Assembly (NCBI GenBank): GCA_038240075.1
Contig: JBBSEC010000008.1
Location: 18-64,017 of the forward strand
Length of the DNA: 64,000 nt
Direction: 5' to 3'
From: Acidimicrobiia bacterium
Lineage (GTDB): Bacteria; Actinomycetota; Acidimicrobiia; IMCC26256; PALSA-610
This document shows, piece by piece, positions 46,725 through 57,179 of the stretch (the stretch's first letter is position 1; every line of letters begins with the position of its first letter). The notes beneath the pieces are model-generated. The model was not told where the DNA came from, ran no database searches, and saw only the letters and a list, made by a program, of their open reading frames with translations. A program made the position numbers and the translations under genes.

Positions 46725-46791
46725 TTGCGTTGAGAAATCGGCCCCCGCGTATACTCCGCCGGTCGACCCGAAGCCGGGCAACGGAGCGCGC

Positions 46792-47154
46792 GTGTCGGAG
46801 TTCTACAGGCAGTATTTGGCCGTCGCGGTCTTTGTCGTAGCCGCCATTGGCATGGTGGCTGCGATGCTGGGCGTGGGCAAGCTTCTCCGGCCCACGCGGC
46901 CGCAGCCGCAGAAGTACGTGACGTATGAGTCGGGGTCCGATCCGCTGGGCGGATTCGGCCAGATGACGGTCCGCTATTACATCTACGCCCTGCTGTTCGT
47001 GATCTTCGACGTCGAGGCGCTCTTCGTCTTCCCGTGGGCCATATCGGCCGAGTCGCTGGGCTGGTTCGGGATCGTCGAGATCTTCGTGTTCATCGCGGTG
47101 CTGCTGGTGGGCCTCGCCTACCTGTGGCGCAAGGGGCTGCTCACGTGGGCCTGA
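46792..47154 (+). CDS. nuoA: Complex I subunit A (cluster 2)
   Basis: [34 protein letters not shown]; GGAG SD. Confidence 0.94.
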   Translation: MSEFYRQYLAVAVFVVAAIGMVAAMLGVGKLLRPTRPQPQKYVTYESGSDPLGGFGQMTVRYYIYALLFVIFDVEALFVFPWAISAESLGWFGIVEIFVFIAVLLVGLAYLWRKGLLTWA

Positions 47155-47669
47155 TCGACAAGGGCACGCTGCGCTCGGGACCGCTCAAGCCGCTCGGTGA
47201 CCTCCTCAACTACAGCCGGAAGTACTCGCTCTGGATGTTCCAGTGGGGTCTGGCGTGCTGCGCGATCGAGATGGGCGCTGCGCTCGCGAGCCCGCGCTAC
47301 GACGTGATGCGTCTCGGTGTCATCCCGTTCCCGGCCAGCCCGCGCCAGGCCGACCTCATGGTCATCTCGGGCACGGTCACCGACAAGATGGCACCGTCGA
47401 TCCGCCGGCTCTACGAGCAGATGCCCGACCCGAAGTACGTCATCTCCATGGGCTCGTGCGCCAACTGTGGCGGCCCCTACTGGGACTCGTACTCGGTGAC
47501 GAAGGGCGTCGACCAGATCATCCCTGTCGACGTCTACGTCCCCGGCTGCCCGCCGCGGCCTGAGGCCTTCATCGAGGGCATCACCCTCCTGCAGCAGCGG
47601 ATCATGGACGAGGACCCGGCCGCGCGGAACCGCGGCGACCACTGGGAGCCGATCGTCGTTGGCCGCTGA
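47145..47669 (+). CDS. nuoB: Complex I subunit B (cluster 2)
   Basis: [30 protein letters not shown]. Confidence 0.95.
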   Translation: MGLIDKGTLRSGPLKPLGDLLNYSRKYSLWMFQWGLACCAIEMGAALASPRYDVMRLGVIPFPASPRQADLMVISGTVTDKMAPSIRRLYEQMPDPKYVISMGSCANCGGPYWDSYSVTKGVDQIIPVDVYVPGCPPRPEAFIEGITLLQQRIMDEDPAARNRGDHWEPIVVGR

Positions 47670-48381
47670 CGCACCGCCCGAAGCCGAGACCGAGGCTGCC
47701 GTCGCGCCCGACGCGGCAGAGGCCGAGCCGGTTGCAGAGCCGCGCACGACGCTCCTGCCCGGCGCGGCCGCGTTGCTCGAGAAGCTGCTCGCGCGCCTCG
47801 GCGACGCGGTCATCGAATCGGCGGCCTGCTACGGCGACGCCGTCGTGCGGGTCAAGCCCGAAGCCTGGCTCCAGGCCGCGCGGATCGCGCACGACGAGCT
47901 CGGTTGCGACTACCTGTCGTTCATCGCCGGCATCGACTGGATGCCCACTCCCACCGTCGCCGGCGCCGAAGAGGGATCGGGTGACACCTCGGCGCCGGTG
48001 CAGCCCCGCGAGACCACGTACGGAGTCGCCGGGTCGGCCGGCCGGTTCCAGGTGTTCGCGAGGGTCGACTCCACGAACGCCGGCGCGGGCCTCACGCTGA
48101 AGACCGACATCACCACCGACACGATGCGCGTCGACTCGTGGTGCTCGGTGTACCCGGGCGCCGACTGGCACGAGCGTGAAGCGTGGGAGATGTACGGGTT
48201 CGCGTTCACCGGCCACCCCGCGTTGCGTCACCTCTATCTCCCCGCCGAGTTCGAAGGCCATCCGCTGCGCAAGGACTTCCCGCTCCTCGCGCGCGAGGTG
48301 AAGCCGTGGCCGGGGCTCGTCGACGTCGAGCCGATGCCTGGCGAAGAGCCCGGTGACGACGAAGCGGCGGTTGAAGCATGA
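47659..48381 (+). CDS. nuoC: Complex I subunit C (cluster 2)
   Basis: [34 protein letters not shown]. Confidence 0.93.
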   Translation: MAADAPPEAETEAAVAPDAAEAEPVAEPRTTLLPGAAALLEKLLARLGDAVIESAACYGDAVVRVKPEAWLQAARIAHDELGCDYLSFIAGIDWMPTPTVAGAEEGSGDTSAPVQPRETTYGVAGSAGRFQVFARVDSTNAGAGLTLKTDITTDTMRVDSWCSVYPGADWHEREAWEMYGFAFTGHPALRHLYLPAEFEGHPLRKDFPLLAREVKPWPGLVDVEPMPGEEPGDDEAAVEA

Positions 48382-48398
48382 ACGGGGGAGCGGCATAG

Positions 48399-49595
48399 AT
48401 GACGACCACCGACCTTCCTCCTCCGGGCGACCTTCCCGAGGTCCAGATCGATCCCGCGATCTACCGCCACCTCGCCGACGCGCAGGTGAACGTCGAGCTC
48501 GACACCGGCGACATGATCCTGTCGCTCGGGCCGCAGCACCCCGCGACGCACGGCACGCTCCGGCTCGTCGTGCGCCTCGACGGCGAGCGCGTGATCGCGG
48601 CCGATCCGATCATCGGCTACATGCACCGCGGCTACGAGAAGCTCACCGAATACCGCACGTACCCGCAGATCACGACGCTGATCAACCGGATCGACTGGCT
48701 CTCGAGCTTCGCGAACGAAGTCCCGTTCGTGCACGCGGCCGAACAGCTCATGGGTATCGAGGCGCCGCCGCGGGCCGTCTACATCCGCACGGTGCTCACG
48801 GAGCTCTCGCGCATCGCGACCTTCCTGCTCTTCCTCGGTGAGATGGGCCTTCAGGTCGGGGCGATCACGCCCGCGTTCTACGGCTTCCGCGACCGCGAGT
48901 ACGTCCTCAACCTCATCGAGGCCGTCACCGGCGGGCGCTTCCACCCCAACTTCAACCGCATCGGCGGCTTGAAGGACGACTTCCCGTGGGGCTTCACCGC
49001 CGAGTGCCGCCAGGTCATGCGACGAGTCTTCGAGAGCTGCGACACGTTCGAAGACCTCGTGCTCGGCAACCCCATCTTCGAGCAGCGCACCCGGTCGATC
49101 GGGATCATCCCGCCCGACCTCGGCGCGGCCTACGGCGTGTCGGGATCGAACCTGCGCGCATCGGGCGTCGACTGGGACCTGCGACGCGACGCCAAGCCCT
49201 ACCTCGCGTACAACGAGCTCGACTGGAAGGTCTGGACCCATCCCGACGGCGACTCGTTCGCGCGCTACTGGGTGAGGCTCCAGGAGACCAGGGAATCGGC
49301 GCGGATGGTGCTGCAGCTCCTCGACGGGATGCCGAGCGGCCCGATCATGGCGAAGGTCCCGCGCATCATCAAGGTGCCGGCGGGCGAGGTGTGGGTGAAC
49401 ACCGAGAACCCGCTCGGCGAGATGGGCTACTACGTCATCTCGAAGGGCGCGACGGGCCCCTTCCGCGTCAAGATCCGTTCGGCGTCGTTCAGCAACGTCT
49501 CGATCCTGCCCTGGCTGCTGAAGGGCGTCTACGTTCCCGACATCGTGACGATCCTCGCCGGCCTCTACTTCATCCTGGGTGACATCGATCGATGA
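48399..49595 (+). CDS. nuoD: Complex I subunit D (cluster 2)
   Basis: GPQHPATHG, GYMHRGYEK, RIDW, ENPLGE, GDIDR; no NiFe CxxC motifs. Confidence 0.94.
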   Translation: MTTTDLPPPGDLPEVQIDPAIYRHLADAQVNVELDTGDMILSLGPQHPATHGTLRLVVRLDGERVIAADPIIGYMHRGYEKLTEYRTYPQITTLINRIDWLSSFANEVPFVHAAEQLMGIEAPPRAVYIRTVLTELSRIATFLLFLGEMGLQVGAITPAFYGFRDREYVLNLIEAVTGGRFHPNFNRIGGLKDDFPWGFTAECRQVMRRVFESCDTFEDLVLGNPIFEQRTRSIGIIPPDLGAAYGVSGSNLRASGVDWDLRRDAKPYLAYNELDWKVWTHPDGDSFARYWVRLQETRESARMVLQLLDGMPSGPIMAKVPRIIKVPAGEVWVNTENPLGEMGYYVISKGATGPFRVKIRSASFSNVSILPWLLKGVYVPDIVTILAGLYFILGDIDR

Positions 49596-49605
49596 CCGAT
49601 AGCCG

Positions 49606-50640
49606 ATGACCCATCTCCTCCTCGGGCTGCAGATCGGATGGGGCACGACCCTCGCGATCAAGACGCTGGTCGTGCTTGCGCTCGTCCCGTTGTCCGCGCT
49701 CATCCTCGGCTACGTCTTCCTCCTGAAGATGATGAGCCACATGCAGAGCCGGCTCGGACCAATGGACCCCGGCGGGTTCCACGGTTGGTTCCAGCTCATC
49801 GGTGACGGCATCAAGTTCATGCAGAAGGAAGACCTCACGCCGGCCGACGCCGACCCGCGCGTCTTCGCGCTGGCCCCCGTCGTCGTCGTGATGTCCACGT
49901 TCCTGATCTTCGTCGTGATCCCCGCGGGCCCCCGGGTCCAGGTCTCGAACCTGAACGTCGGCGTGTTCTATGCGCTCGCGGTCTCGAGCCTCTCGGTGAT
50001 CGGCGTGCTCATGGCCGGGTGGGCGAGTGCCAACAAGTACGCGCTCCTCGGTGCGCTGCGCGCGGCCGCGCAGCTCATCGCGTACGAGCTCCCGCTGGTG
50101 CTGGCCGTCGTCGGCGTGGTGGTGCAGGCCGGCACGATGAGCCTGCAGGGAATCGTGCTGTTCCAGCAGAGCGGGAACCTCTTCGGGTTCGGCGGGCTCG
50201 GCTTCCCACTGATCCTCACGCAGTTCGTCGGGTTCGCGCTGTTCATGGTCGCGGCGCAGGCCGAGCTCACCCAGCCGCCGTTCGACATGCCGGTGGCGGA
50301 GTCGGAGCTCGTCGCCGGGTACATGGTCGAGTACACCGGCTTCCGGTTCCTCTTCTTCTTCATCGGTGAGTTCGGCACCGCGTTCGCGTTCGCAGCGCTG
50401 GCCGCAACCCTGTTCCTCGGCGGGTGGGCGCTCCCGGGTGTGCACGGCACCACGGCCGACCTGCTCGGACCGATCGTGCTCTTCGTGAAGATCATGCTGG
50501 TCGCGTTCCTGATGTTCTGGGCGCGCTTCACGTACCCGCGCTTCCGTGAGGATCAGCTCCAGGCGCTTGCGTGGAAGTGGCTGATTCCCATCGCGCTCGG
50601 CAACATCCTGGTGACCGGCATCCTGAAGGTGGCGTTCTGA
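49606..50640 (+). CDS. nuoH: Complex I subunit H (cluster 2)
   Basis: [45 protein letters not shown]. Confidence 0.95.
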   Translation: MTHLLLGLQIGWGTTLAIKTLVVLALVPLSALILGYVFLLKMMSHMQSRLGPMDPGGFHGWFQLIGDGIKFMQKEDLTPADADPRVFALAPVVVVMSTFLIFVVIPAGPRVQVSNLNVGVFYALAVSSLSVIGVLMAGWASANKYALLGALRAAAQLIAYELPLVLAVVGVVVQAGTMSLQGIVLFQQSGNLFGFGGLGFPLILTQFVGFALFMVAAQAELTQPPFDMPVAESELVAGYMVEYTGFRFLFFFIGEFGTAFAFAALAATLFLGGWALPGVHGTTADLLGPIVLFVKIMLVAFLMFWARFTYPRFREDQLQALAWKWLIPIALGNILVTGILKVAF

Positions 50641-51122
50641 TGGCGCGCAGACAGATCAAGGGGATGCTCGGCGGTCTCGGCATCACGTTCAAGACGATGC
50701 TGAAGCCCGCGGTCACGGTGCAGTACCCGCACGAGCGTGAAGACCCGACTCCGCGCGCGCGTGGCGTCATCGCGCTCAAGGAGGAGAACTGCACGGTCTG
50801 CATGCTGTGCTCGCGCTCCTGCCCCGACTGGTGCATCTACATCGAGGGGCACAAGGAGAAGCGTCCGCCGCGTCGCGAGGGTGGGCGCGACCGCACGGTG
50901 AGCATCCTCGACCGCTTCGACATCGACTACGCGCTCTGCATGTACTGCGGTATCTGCGTCGAGGTGTGCCCGTTCGACGCGCTCTTCTGGAGCCCCGAGT
51001 TCGAGTACTCCGAGCCGAACATCGCCTCACTGCTGCACGACAAGGTCCGCCTCGGAGAGTGGATGGAGTCGGTTCCGGAGCCCGAGCCGCTCGAGCTCGG
51101 CGCCGAAGTGAAGAAAAAGTGA
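50640..51122 (+). CDS. nuoI: Complex I subunit I (cluster 2)
   Basis: [12 protein letters not shown] and [12 protein letters not shown]; basic insert [14 protein letters not shown]. Confidence 0.94.
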   Translation: MARRQIKGMLGGLGITFKTMLKPAVTVQYPHEREDPTPRARGVIALKEENCTVCMLCSRSCPDWCIYIEGHKEKRPPRREGGRDRTVSILDRFDIDYALCMYCGICVEVCPFDALFWSPEFEYSEPNIASLLHDKVRLGEWMESVPEPEPLELGAEVKKK

Positions 51123-51610
51123 TCGCGGAGAACGTTGCGTTCGGGATCATCGCGGCCGCGATGGCGATCGGCGCGATCGGTGTCGTGCGCACCCAGAACG
51201 TCGTGCACGCGGCGCTGTTCCTCGTCGTAGTGCTCGCGGGCGCGGCTGCGCAGTACATCCTGCTCGGCGCCGAGTTCGTCGCGTGGGTGCAGGTGCTCGT
51301 CTACATCGGCGCGGTGATCGTCCTCTTCCTCTTCGGAATCATGCTGACCCGCGCGCCCATGCATCCCACCGAGCCCATGGACAACAACCTGCGGATCTGG
51401 GCACTGCTGCCGTCCGGCCTGCTTGCGATCGTGCTCGGCGGGCTGCTCGTCGACGCGTTCGGCCGGGACAAGATCCACCTCACCGCGCCGACTGCCAACG
51501 TCGAGATCACGAACTCGATCTTCCGCGTATACCTTGTGCCGTTCGAAGTGGTGGGAGTCCTGTTGCTCGCCGCGCTCATCGGCGCCGTCGTCCTGGCCCG
51601 GAAGGACTGA
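51119..51610 (+). CDS. nuoJ: Complex I subunit J (cluster 2)
   Basis: [29 protein letters not shown]. Confidence 0.93.
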   Translation: MIAENVAFGIIAAAMAIGAIGVVRTQNVVHAALFLVVVLAGAAAQYILLGAEFVAWVQVLVYIGAVIVLFLFGIMLTRAPMHPTEPMDNNLRIWALLPSGLLAIVLGGLLVDAFGRDKIHLTAPTANVEITNSIFRVYLVPFEVVGVLLLAALIGAVVLARKD

Positions 51611-51612
51611 CC

Positions 51613-51912
51613 GTGCTGCTCAACCAGTTCCTGCTCCTCGGCGCCTTCCTCTTCGCGGCCGGCGTCTACGGCGTGGTGACCCGCCGCAACAGCGTGCTCG
51701 TGCTCATGAGCGTCGAGCTGATGCTGGCCGCGGTCAACGTGAACCTCGTCGCGTTCTCGGCCTATCTCCACACGGTCGCGGGCCAGACGTTCGCACTGTT
51801 CGTGCTCACGATCGCGGCCGCGGAGGTCGGGGTCGGCTTGGCGATGATCCTGCTCATCTACCGCAACCTCTCGAGCTCCGATCTCGATGACGTCGACGTG
51901 CTGAAGGGCTGA
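51613..51912 (+). CDS. nuoK: Complex I subunit K (cluster 2)
   Basis: RRN, VELML, IAAAEVGVGLA, LKG. Confidence 0.94.
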   Translation: MLLNQFLLLGAFLFAAGVYGVVTRRNSVLVLMSVELMLAAVNVNLVAFSAYLHTVAGQTFALFVLTIAAAEVGVGLAMILLIYRNLSSSDLDDVDVLKG

Positions 51913-51915
51913 GCC

Positions 51916-54084
51916 GTGTTCTTCCTCGACCACGCTTGGCTGGTCCCCCTCATCCCCGCGGTGTCCTTCGTGGTCATCCTCCTGTTCGGGAAGCGCTTCC
52001 CGAAGGGCGGATCCGAAGTCGGCATCGTTGCGCTCTTCGCGTCGTGGGTGCTCTCGTGCGGCGCGTTCTACCAGTGGGTGCAGCGGGTCGACGATGCCGG
52101 CAACGCCAAGGGCGCCGCGGGCACGGTGAAGGCGTTCGCGTCGAGCCTGAAGCTGGCGGCGACGAGCAGCGGCGAGCACGCCGCGCCCGTCGCCCCGATC
52201 GTGCACTCGATCACCTGGTTCCAGAGCGGCGGGATCAAGTTCGGTGCCGGCATCCAGATCGACGGTCTCGCGGTGATGATGATGTTCGTCGTCACCACGA
52301 TCTCGCTGCTCGTGCACGTGTACTCCACCGAGTACATGCGAAACGACCGCCGCTACACCTACTTCTTCGCCGCGCTGAGCCTCTTCACCGCGTCGATGCT
52401 GCTGCTCGTCGTGGCCGACAACACGCTCCAGCTGCTGGTCGGTTGGGAGCTCGTCGGCCTCTGTTCCTTCATGCTGATCGGGCACTGGTGGGAGGAGAAG
52501 CCCAACTCGAACGCCGCGTTGAAGGCGTTCCTCACCACGCGCACCGGCGACATCGGGCTGATCATCGGTGTCGTGATGACCTTCTTCATCGTCGGTCGCG
52601 CCACGGGCACACCCTCGTTCAACATCGTGGCGCTGAACACGGCGGCGCTGTCGGGCAAGGTCAGCCACCTGATGCTGCTGGTGTGCGCGTGCGCGCTCAT
52701 GGCCGCGATCGTCGGCAAGAGCGGTCAGTTCCCGCTGCACACCTGGCTCCCCGACGCCATGGCCGGGCCGACACCCGTCTCGGCGCTGATCCACGCGGCC
52801 ACGATGGTGGTCGCGGGCGTCTACCTCGGCGCGCGCGTGTACCCCGTGTTCTTCGAGGGCTTCTCGATCGGCAACGGCGGCGTGAACCTGATGGCGATCA
52901 TCGGCGGCACGACCGTGATCATCGGCGCCGCGCTCGCGTTCGTGCAGGACGACATCAAGAAGGTTCTCGCCTATTCGACGATCAGCCAGCTCGGGTACAT
53001 GGTGATGGGGCTCGGTGTCGGCGCGTGGATCGCAGCGATCTTCCATCTCTTCACCCATGCGTTCTTCAAGGCCGACCTCTTCCTGGGGGCCGGTTCGGTG
53101 AGCCACTCGGGCTCGCACCACTCCTTCGACATGAAGGAAGACATGGGCGGCCTGCGGAAGTTCATGCCGCAGACGTTCGCGACCTTCGTGATCGGCTCGC
53201 TCGCGCTGGCCGGGATCTTCCCGCTCGCAGGGTTCTGGTCGAAGGACGAGATCCTCCTCACCGCGGGGAAGAGTGGGTACACGTTCTTCATGGTCGTGGG
53301 GCTCGCGGGCGCGTTCATGACGGCCGCGTACATGACCCGCTGCATCTACCTGACCTTCTATGGCGAGTACCGCGGTGGAGACCACGTCGGTGCGCACCCC
53401 GACGAAGCCGAGCACCTTCCGGTCGAGGACGGTCTCGAGGCGCACGCTCCCCACCGTCCCCACGAGTCCCCGCCCGTGATCACCGTGCCGCTCTGGATCC
53501 TCTCGTTCTTCGCGGTGACCGCGGGTCTGCTCAACGCCGAGCCGTTCCACATCGAGAAGTTCAAGGAGTGGTTCGAGCCGCGCGTGGCCTTCCCCGAGCT
53601 CGTGCACCCCGCGTTCAGCTGGGGCGCCGCTGGCCTCTCGGTCGCGATCGCGGTGCTCGGCATCGCGGTCGCGTACGAGTACTACTGGGACCGCCGCGGC
53701 CTGCGCGACCTCTCGTCGCGCAACGCTGCCGCGCGTGCGGGCAAGACGTTCCTGGTGAACAAGTACTACCTCGACTATCTGTACACCGATGTCGTGGTGG
53801 GCTCGATCAAGGGCCCGATCGCCAACGCGTCGTACTGGGTGAACCAGCACGTGATCGACGCCGTGCTGAACGGTGTCGGCCGCGGCTCGCTCGGGGTCGC
53901 ACGCTTCACCTACGACGTTCTCGATCAGCGCGGCGTCGACGGCATCGTCAACGGCTTGGCCGTCGGCACCGGCGACGCCGGCGGCGCGGCGCGAGCCGTA
54001 GAAACGGGTCGATTGCAGTGGTACGCCCTACTCATGTTCTCCGCGGTGACGCTATTCAGCGTCTTCCTGTGGATCGCGCACTGA
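51916..54084 (+). CDS. nuoL: Complex I subunit L (cluster 2)
   Basis: WELVG, KAFLTTRTGD, KSGQFPLHTWLPDAMAGPTPVSALIHAATMV, SKDEI. Confidence 0.95.
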   Translation: MFFLDHAWLVPLIPAVSFVVILLFGKRFPKGGSEVGIVALFASWVLSCGAFYQWVQRVDDAGNAKGAAGTVKAFASSLKLAATSSGEHAAPVAPIVHSITWFQSGGIKFGAGIQIDGLAVMMMFVVTTISLLVHVYSTEYMRNDRRYTYFFAALSLFTASMLLLVVADNTLQLLVGWELVGLCSFMLIGHWWEEKPNSNAALKAFLTTRTGDIGLIIGVVMTFFIVGRATGTPSFNIVALNTAALSGKVSHLMLLVCACALMAAIVGKSGQFPLHTWLPDAMAGPTPVSALIHAATMVVAGVYLGARVYPVFFEGFSIGNGGVNLMAIIGGTTVIIGAALAFVQDDIKKVLAYSTISQLGYMVMGLGVGAWIAAIFHLFTHAFFKADLFLGAGSVSHSGSHHSFDMKEDMGGLRKFMPQTFATFVIGSLALAGIFPLAGFWSKDEILLTAGKSGYTFFMVVGLAGAFMTAAYMTRCIYLTFYGEYRGGDHVGAHPDEAEHLPVEDGLEAHAPHRPHESPPVITVPLWILSFFAVTAGLLNAEPFHIEKFKEWFEPRVAFPELVHPAFSWGAAGLSVAIAVLGIAVAYEYYWDRRGLRDLSSRNAAARAGKTFLVNKYYLDYLYTDVVVGSIKGPIANASYWVNQHVIDAVLNGVGRGSLGVARFTYDVLDQRGVDGIVNGLAVGTGDAGGAARAVETGRLQWYALLMFSAVTLFSVFLWIAH

Positions 54085-54103
54085 CCGGAGGGGTTCTCGT
54101 CCG

Positions 54104-55669
54104 ATGAACTGGTTCGATTCGTGGGCGCTGACCCTGGTGGTCTTCGTACCCGTCGTGGGCATGGGCATCGTGCTCCTGCTGCCGCGGGAAGAAGAGCAGG
54201 CGATCAAGATGACCACCCTGCTCGCCACGCTCGTGACGTTCGGCTTCACGATCGCCGTGCTCTGCCGCTACCACTACGGCGCCAACCACCCCGGTCTGCA
54301 GTTCGACGTGAACAAGAGCTGGATCGACGTCATCAACAGCCGGTACCACATCGGTGTCAACGGCATCTCGCTGCCGATGCTCGCGCTGTCGCCCTTCATC
54401 AGCCTCTTGTGCGTCGTCTACTCGTGGAACCACTTCCCCGATCCGCACAACCCGAAGGCGTTCCTCGCGCTGCTCCTGCTCCTCGAGACGGGGATGAACG
54501 GCACGTTCGTCGCGCAGGACCTCATCTTGTTCTTCATCTTCTTCGAGTTGGTCCTGCTCCCGATGTTCTTCATGATCGGGGTCTGGGGCGGTCCCAACAA
54601 GGAGTACGCGTCGATCAAGTTCTTCCTGTTCACGATGTTCGGCTCCGCGTTGATGCTGCTGAGCTTCCTGGCGCTCTACTTCAAGGTCGACGTGACCGCG
54701 GTGACGCACGGCGCGATGCACCACACGTTCGACATCCCGACGCTGGCCAAGGCTCACGGCCAAGGACTCGTGCACGGTACGCAGTTGCTGATCTTCGGCG
54801 GCCTGTTCATCGGCTTCGCGATCAAGGTGCCGATGTTCCCGTTCCACACCTGGCTCCCGGACGCCCACACCGAAGCGCCCACCGTCGGTTCCGTGCTCCT
54901 CGCCGCCATCCTGCTGAAGCTGGGTACCTACGGCTTCATCCTGATCGCGCTGCCGATCCTGCCCGAGGCCGCCCGGAGCTGGGCACCATGGATCGGCCTG
55001 CTCGCCGTGATCGGCATCATCTACGGCGCGCTCAACTGCCTTGCGCAGAAGGACATGAAGCGCCTCATCGCGTTCTCGTCGATCGCGCACATGGGGTTCG
55101 TGATGCTCGGCATCGCGACTCTCACGTCGTTCGGCATCAACGCCGCGGTCTTCGGGATGGTCGCGCACGGTCTCATCACCGGCATGCTCTTCTTCGTCGC
55201 CGGCTCGGTGCAGCACAACTTCGGTACGCGCGAGATGAGCCGCCTCGGTGGACTGTTGCTGCAGGCCCCGAAGATGGGTTGGATCCTCGGGTTCTGCGTG
55301 ATGGCGTCGCTCGGTCTTCCCGGCCTCGCCGGGTTCTGGGGCGAGTTCCCGGCGATCCTCTCGGCGTTCCAGCCGGCGGCGCCGCTGAGTGAAGCGGTGT
55401 TCCGCACGTTCATGGTCGTCGCCGCGGTCGGCACGGTCTTCGCGGCCGGCTACCTGCTCTACATGCTGCAGCGCGTCGCGTTCGGGAACGTGCGTGACGA
55501 GTTCGCCGACGCCCACATCCACGACGTCAACCTGACCGAGTGGATCGCGTGGACCCCGATGCTCGTCATGATCCTCGTCCTCGGCATCTACCCGAACCTG
55601 CTGTTCAAGGTGACCGACGTCGCGGTGCACCCGATGACCGTCGCGATCGGGCACGCGATCAACCGATGA
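54104..55669 (+). CDS. nuoM: Complex I subunit M (cluster 2)
   Basis: KVPMFPFHTWLPDAHTEAPT, KRLIAFSS, GLPGLAGFWGE. Confidence 0.95.
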   Translation: MNWFDSWALTLVVFVPVVGMGIVLLLPREEEQAIKMTTLLATLVTFGFTIAVLCRYHYGANHPGLQFDVNKSWIDVINSRYHIGVNGISLPMLALSPFISLLCVVYSWNHFPDPHNPKAFLALLLLLETGMNGTFVAQDLILFFIFFELVLLPMFFMIGVWGGPNKEYASIKFFLFTMFGSALMLLSFLALYFKVDVTAVTHGAMHHTFDIPTLAKAHGQGLVHGTQLLIFGGLFIGFAIKVPMFPFHTWLPDAHTEAPTVGSVLLAAILLKLGTYGFILIALPILPEAARSWAPWIGLLAVIGIIYGALNCLAQKDMKRLIAFSSIAHMGFVMLGIATLTSFGINAAVFGMVAHGLITGMLFFVAGSVQHNFGTREMSRLGGLLLQAPKMGWILGFCVMASLGLPGLAGFWGEFPAILSAFQPAAPLSEAVFRTFMVVAAVGTVFAAGYLLYMLQRVAFGNVRDEFADAHIHDVNLTEWIAWTPMLVMILVLGIYPNLLFKVTDVAVHPMTVAIGHAINR

Positions 55670-55688
55670 CCGTCACCAGGGTGACCAC

Positions 55689-57179
55689 ATGAACCCGGCG
55701 ATCGACTGGCACGCATTCGCGCCGGACGCCATCCTCGTCGCGACCGTCGTCATCATCCTCGTCGCCGACCTGCTCCTGCCCAACCGGAACGCGTGGCAGA
55801 CATCGCGCATCGCCGCGGTCGGCGTCCTGTGCGCGTTGATCCCAGTCTTCACGCTCGCGGTCGACGGTCACAACCGTTCGATGTTCGGCGGGGCCTACGT
55901 CGTCGACAACTACGCGCTCGCGTTGAAGGGCTTCTTCCTCGTCGTCGCGTACATCACGATCCTGCTCTCGGTCGACTACATCTCCGAGGGCGACTACTAC
56001 CAGGGCGAGTTCTATTTCCTGCTCGTCACGTCGGTGCTCGGGATGAGCATCATGGCTTCGGCGCGCGACCTCGTCACCCTGTTCGTCGCCCTCGAGACGA
56101 TCTCGATCCCGACCTACATCCTCGCCGGGTACCGCAAGCACGACCGCCGGTCGAACGAAGCCGGCATCAAGTACTACCTGATCGGTGTGCTCTCCTCCGC
56201 GGTGATGCTCTACGGCATGTCGCTCATCTTCGGGCTCACCGGATCGACGACGTTGAGTGGCATCTCGCAATGGATCGGGACGCACGGCAGCAACGCCCCC
56301 GCGCTCCTCACGGTCGCGATCTTCCTGTCGCTCGTGGGGTTCGCGTTCAAGGTCAGCGCGGTGCCGTTCCACTTCTGGGCGCCCGACACCTACGACGGCG
56401 CGCCGCTGCCGGTCACCGCGTTCCTCTCCGTCGCGTCGAAGGCCGGCGGCTTCGTCGCCATGCTCAATATCGTCTTCTTCGGGTTCGGCAACGACGGGAA
56501 GGCGTGGTGGTGGGTCGTCGCGTTGTTGGCCGCGTTCTCGATGACGCTGGGCAACCTCGCGGCGCTGCGCCAGACCAACCTCGTGCGCATGCTCGCCTAT
56601 TCGTCGATCGCACAGGGTGGCTTCCTGCTCGTCCCGTTCGCGGCTTACGGCATCGCGCGTGACGCGTCCGTGCGCACCTCCGCGTTCCAGGCGACGATCG
56701 TCTACCTGCTCATCTACGGCGCGATGAACCTCGGCGCGTTCGCCGTTGTCATCGCGGTCGTCCGTCGGACCCGCACCTCCGACATCGAGTCGTACGCAGG
56801 CCTGTTCGCGACCTCGCCCGGTCTTGCGTTGACGATGACGATCTTCCTCGCGTCGCTCGCCGGCATCCCGCCGCTGGCGGGGTGGTACGCCAAGTTCGTG
56901 ATGTTCCGCGCCATCATCGAAGCCGGCGCCCACTCGAACTGGGCGGTCGGCCTCGCGATCGTGGCCGCGGTCAACTCGGTGATCGCGTTCTTCTACTACT
57001 CCGGCGTGATCCGGCAGATGTGGTTCCGCGAACCGGTCGGCGACGATCAGCGCCGCGTCGCCGTGCCGCCCGCACTCGGTGCGGCCATCGCGCTCACGAC
57101 GGTCACCGTGGTCGCGGTCGGCGTCTACCCGGAGTTGTTCGCCCGCGTCGGCGATCTCGCAACCCGCTTCGTCTCCTGA
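55689..57179 (+). CDS. nuoN: Complex I subunit N (cluster 2)
   Basis: EAGIKYY, FKVSAVPFHFWAPDTYDGAP, RMLAYSSI, GIPPLAG. Confidence 0.95.
   Translation: MNPAIDWHAFAPDAILVATVVIILVADLLLPNRNAWQTSRIAAVGVLCALIPVFTLAVDGHNRSMFGGAYVVDNYALALKGFFLVVAYITILLSVDYISEGDYYQGEFYFLLVTSVLGMSIMASARDLVTLFVALETISIPTYILAGYRKHDRRSNEAGIKYYLIGVLSSAVMLYGMSLIFGLTGSTTLSGISQWIGTHGSNAPALLTVAIFLSLVGFAFKVSAVPFHFWAPDTYDGAPLPVTAFLSVASKAGGFVAMLNIVFFGFGNDGKAWWWVVALLAAFSMTLGNLAALRQTNLVRMLAYSSIAQGGFLLVPFAAYGIARDASVRTSAFQATIVYLLIYGAMNLGAFAVVIAVVRRTRTSDIESYAGLFATSPGLALTMTIFLASLAGIPPLAGWYAKFVMFRAIIEAGAHSNWAVGLAIVAAVNSVIAFFYYSGVIRQMWFREPVGDDQRRVAVPPALGAAIALTTVTVVAVGVYPELFARVGDLATRFVS

Noticed and set aside
46792-57179. Second cluster as a group 4 [NiFe]-hydrogenase or Mrp-type complex
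   Set aside because: NuoD2 lacks both CxxC Ni-binding motifs and ends in GDIDR; the gene set and order are those of complex I
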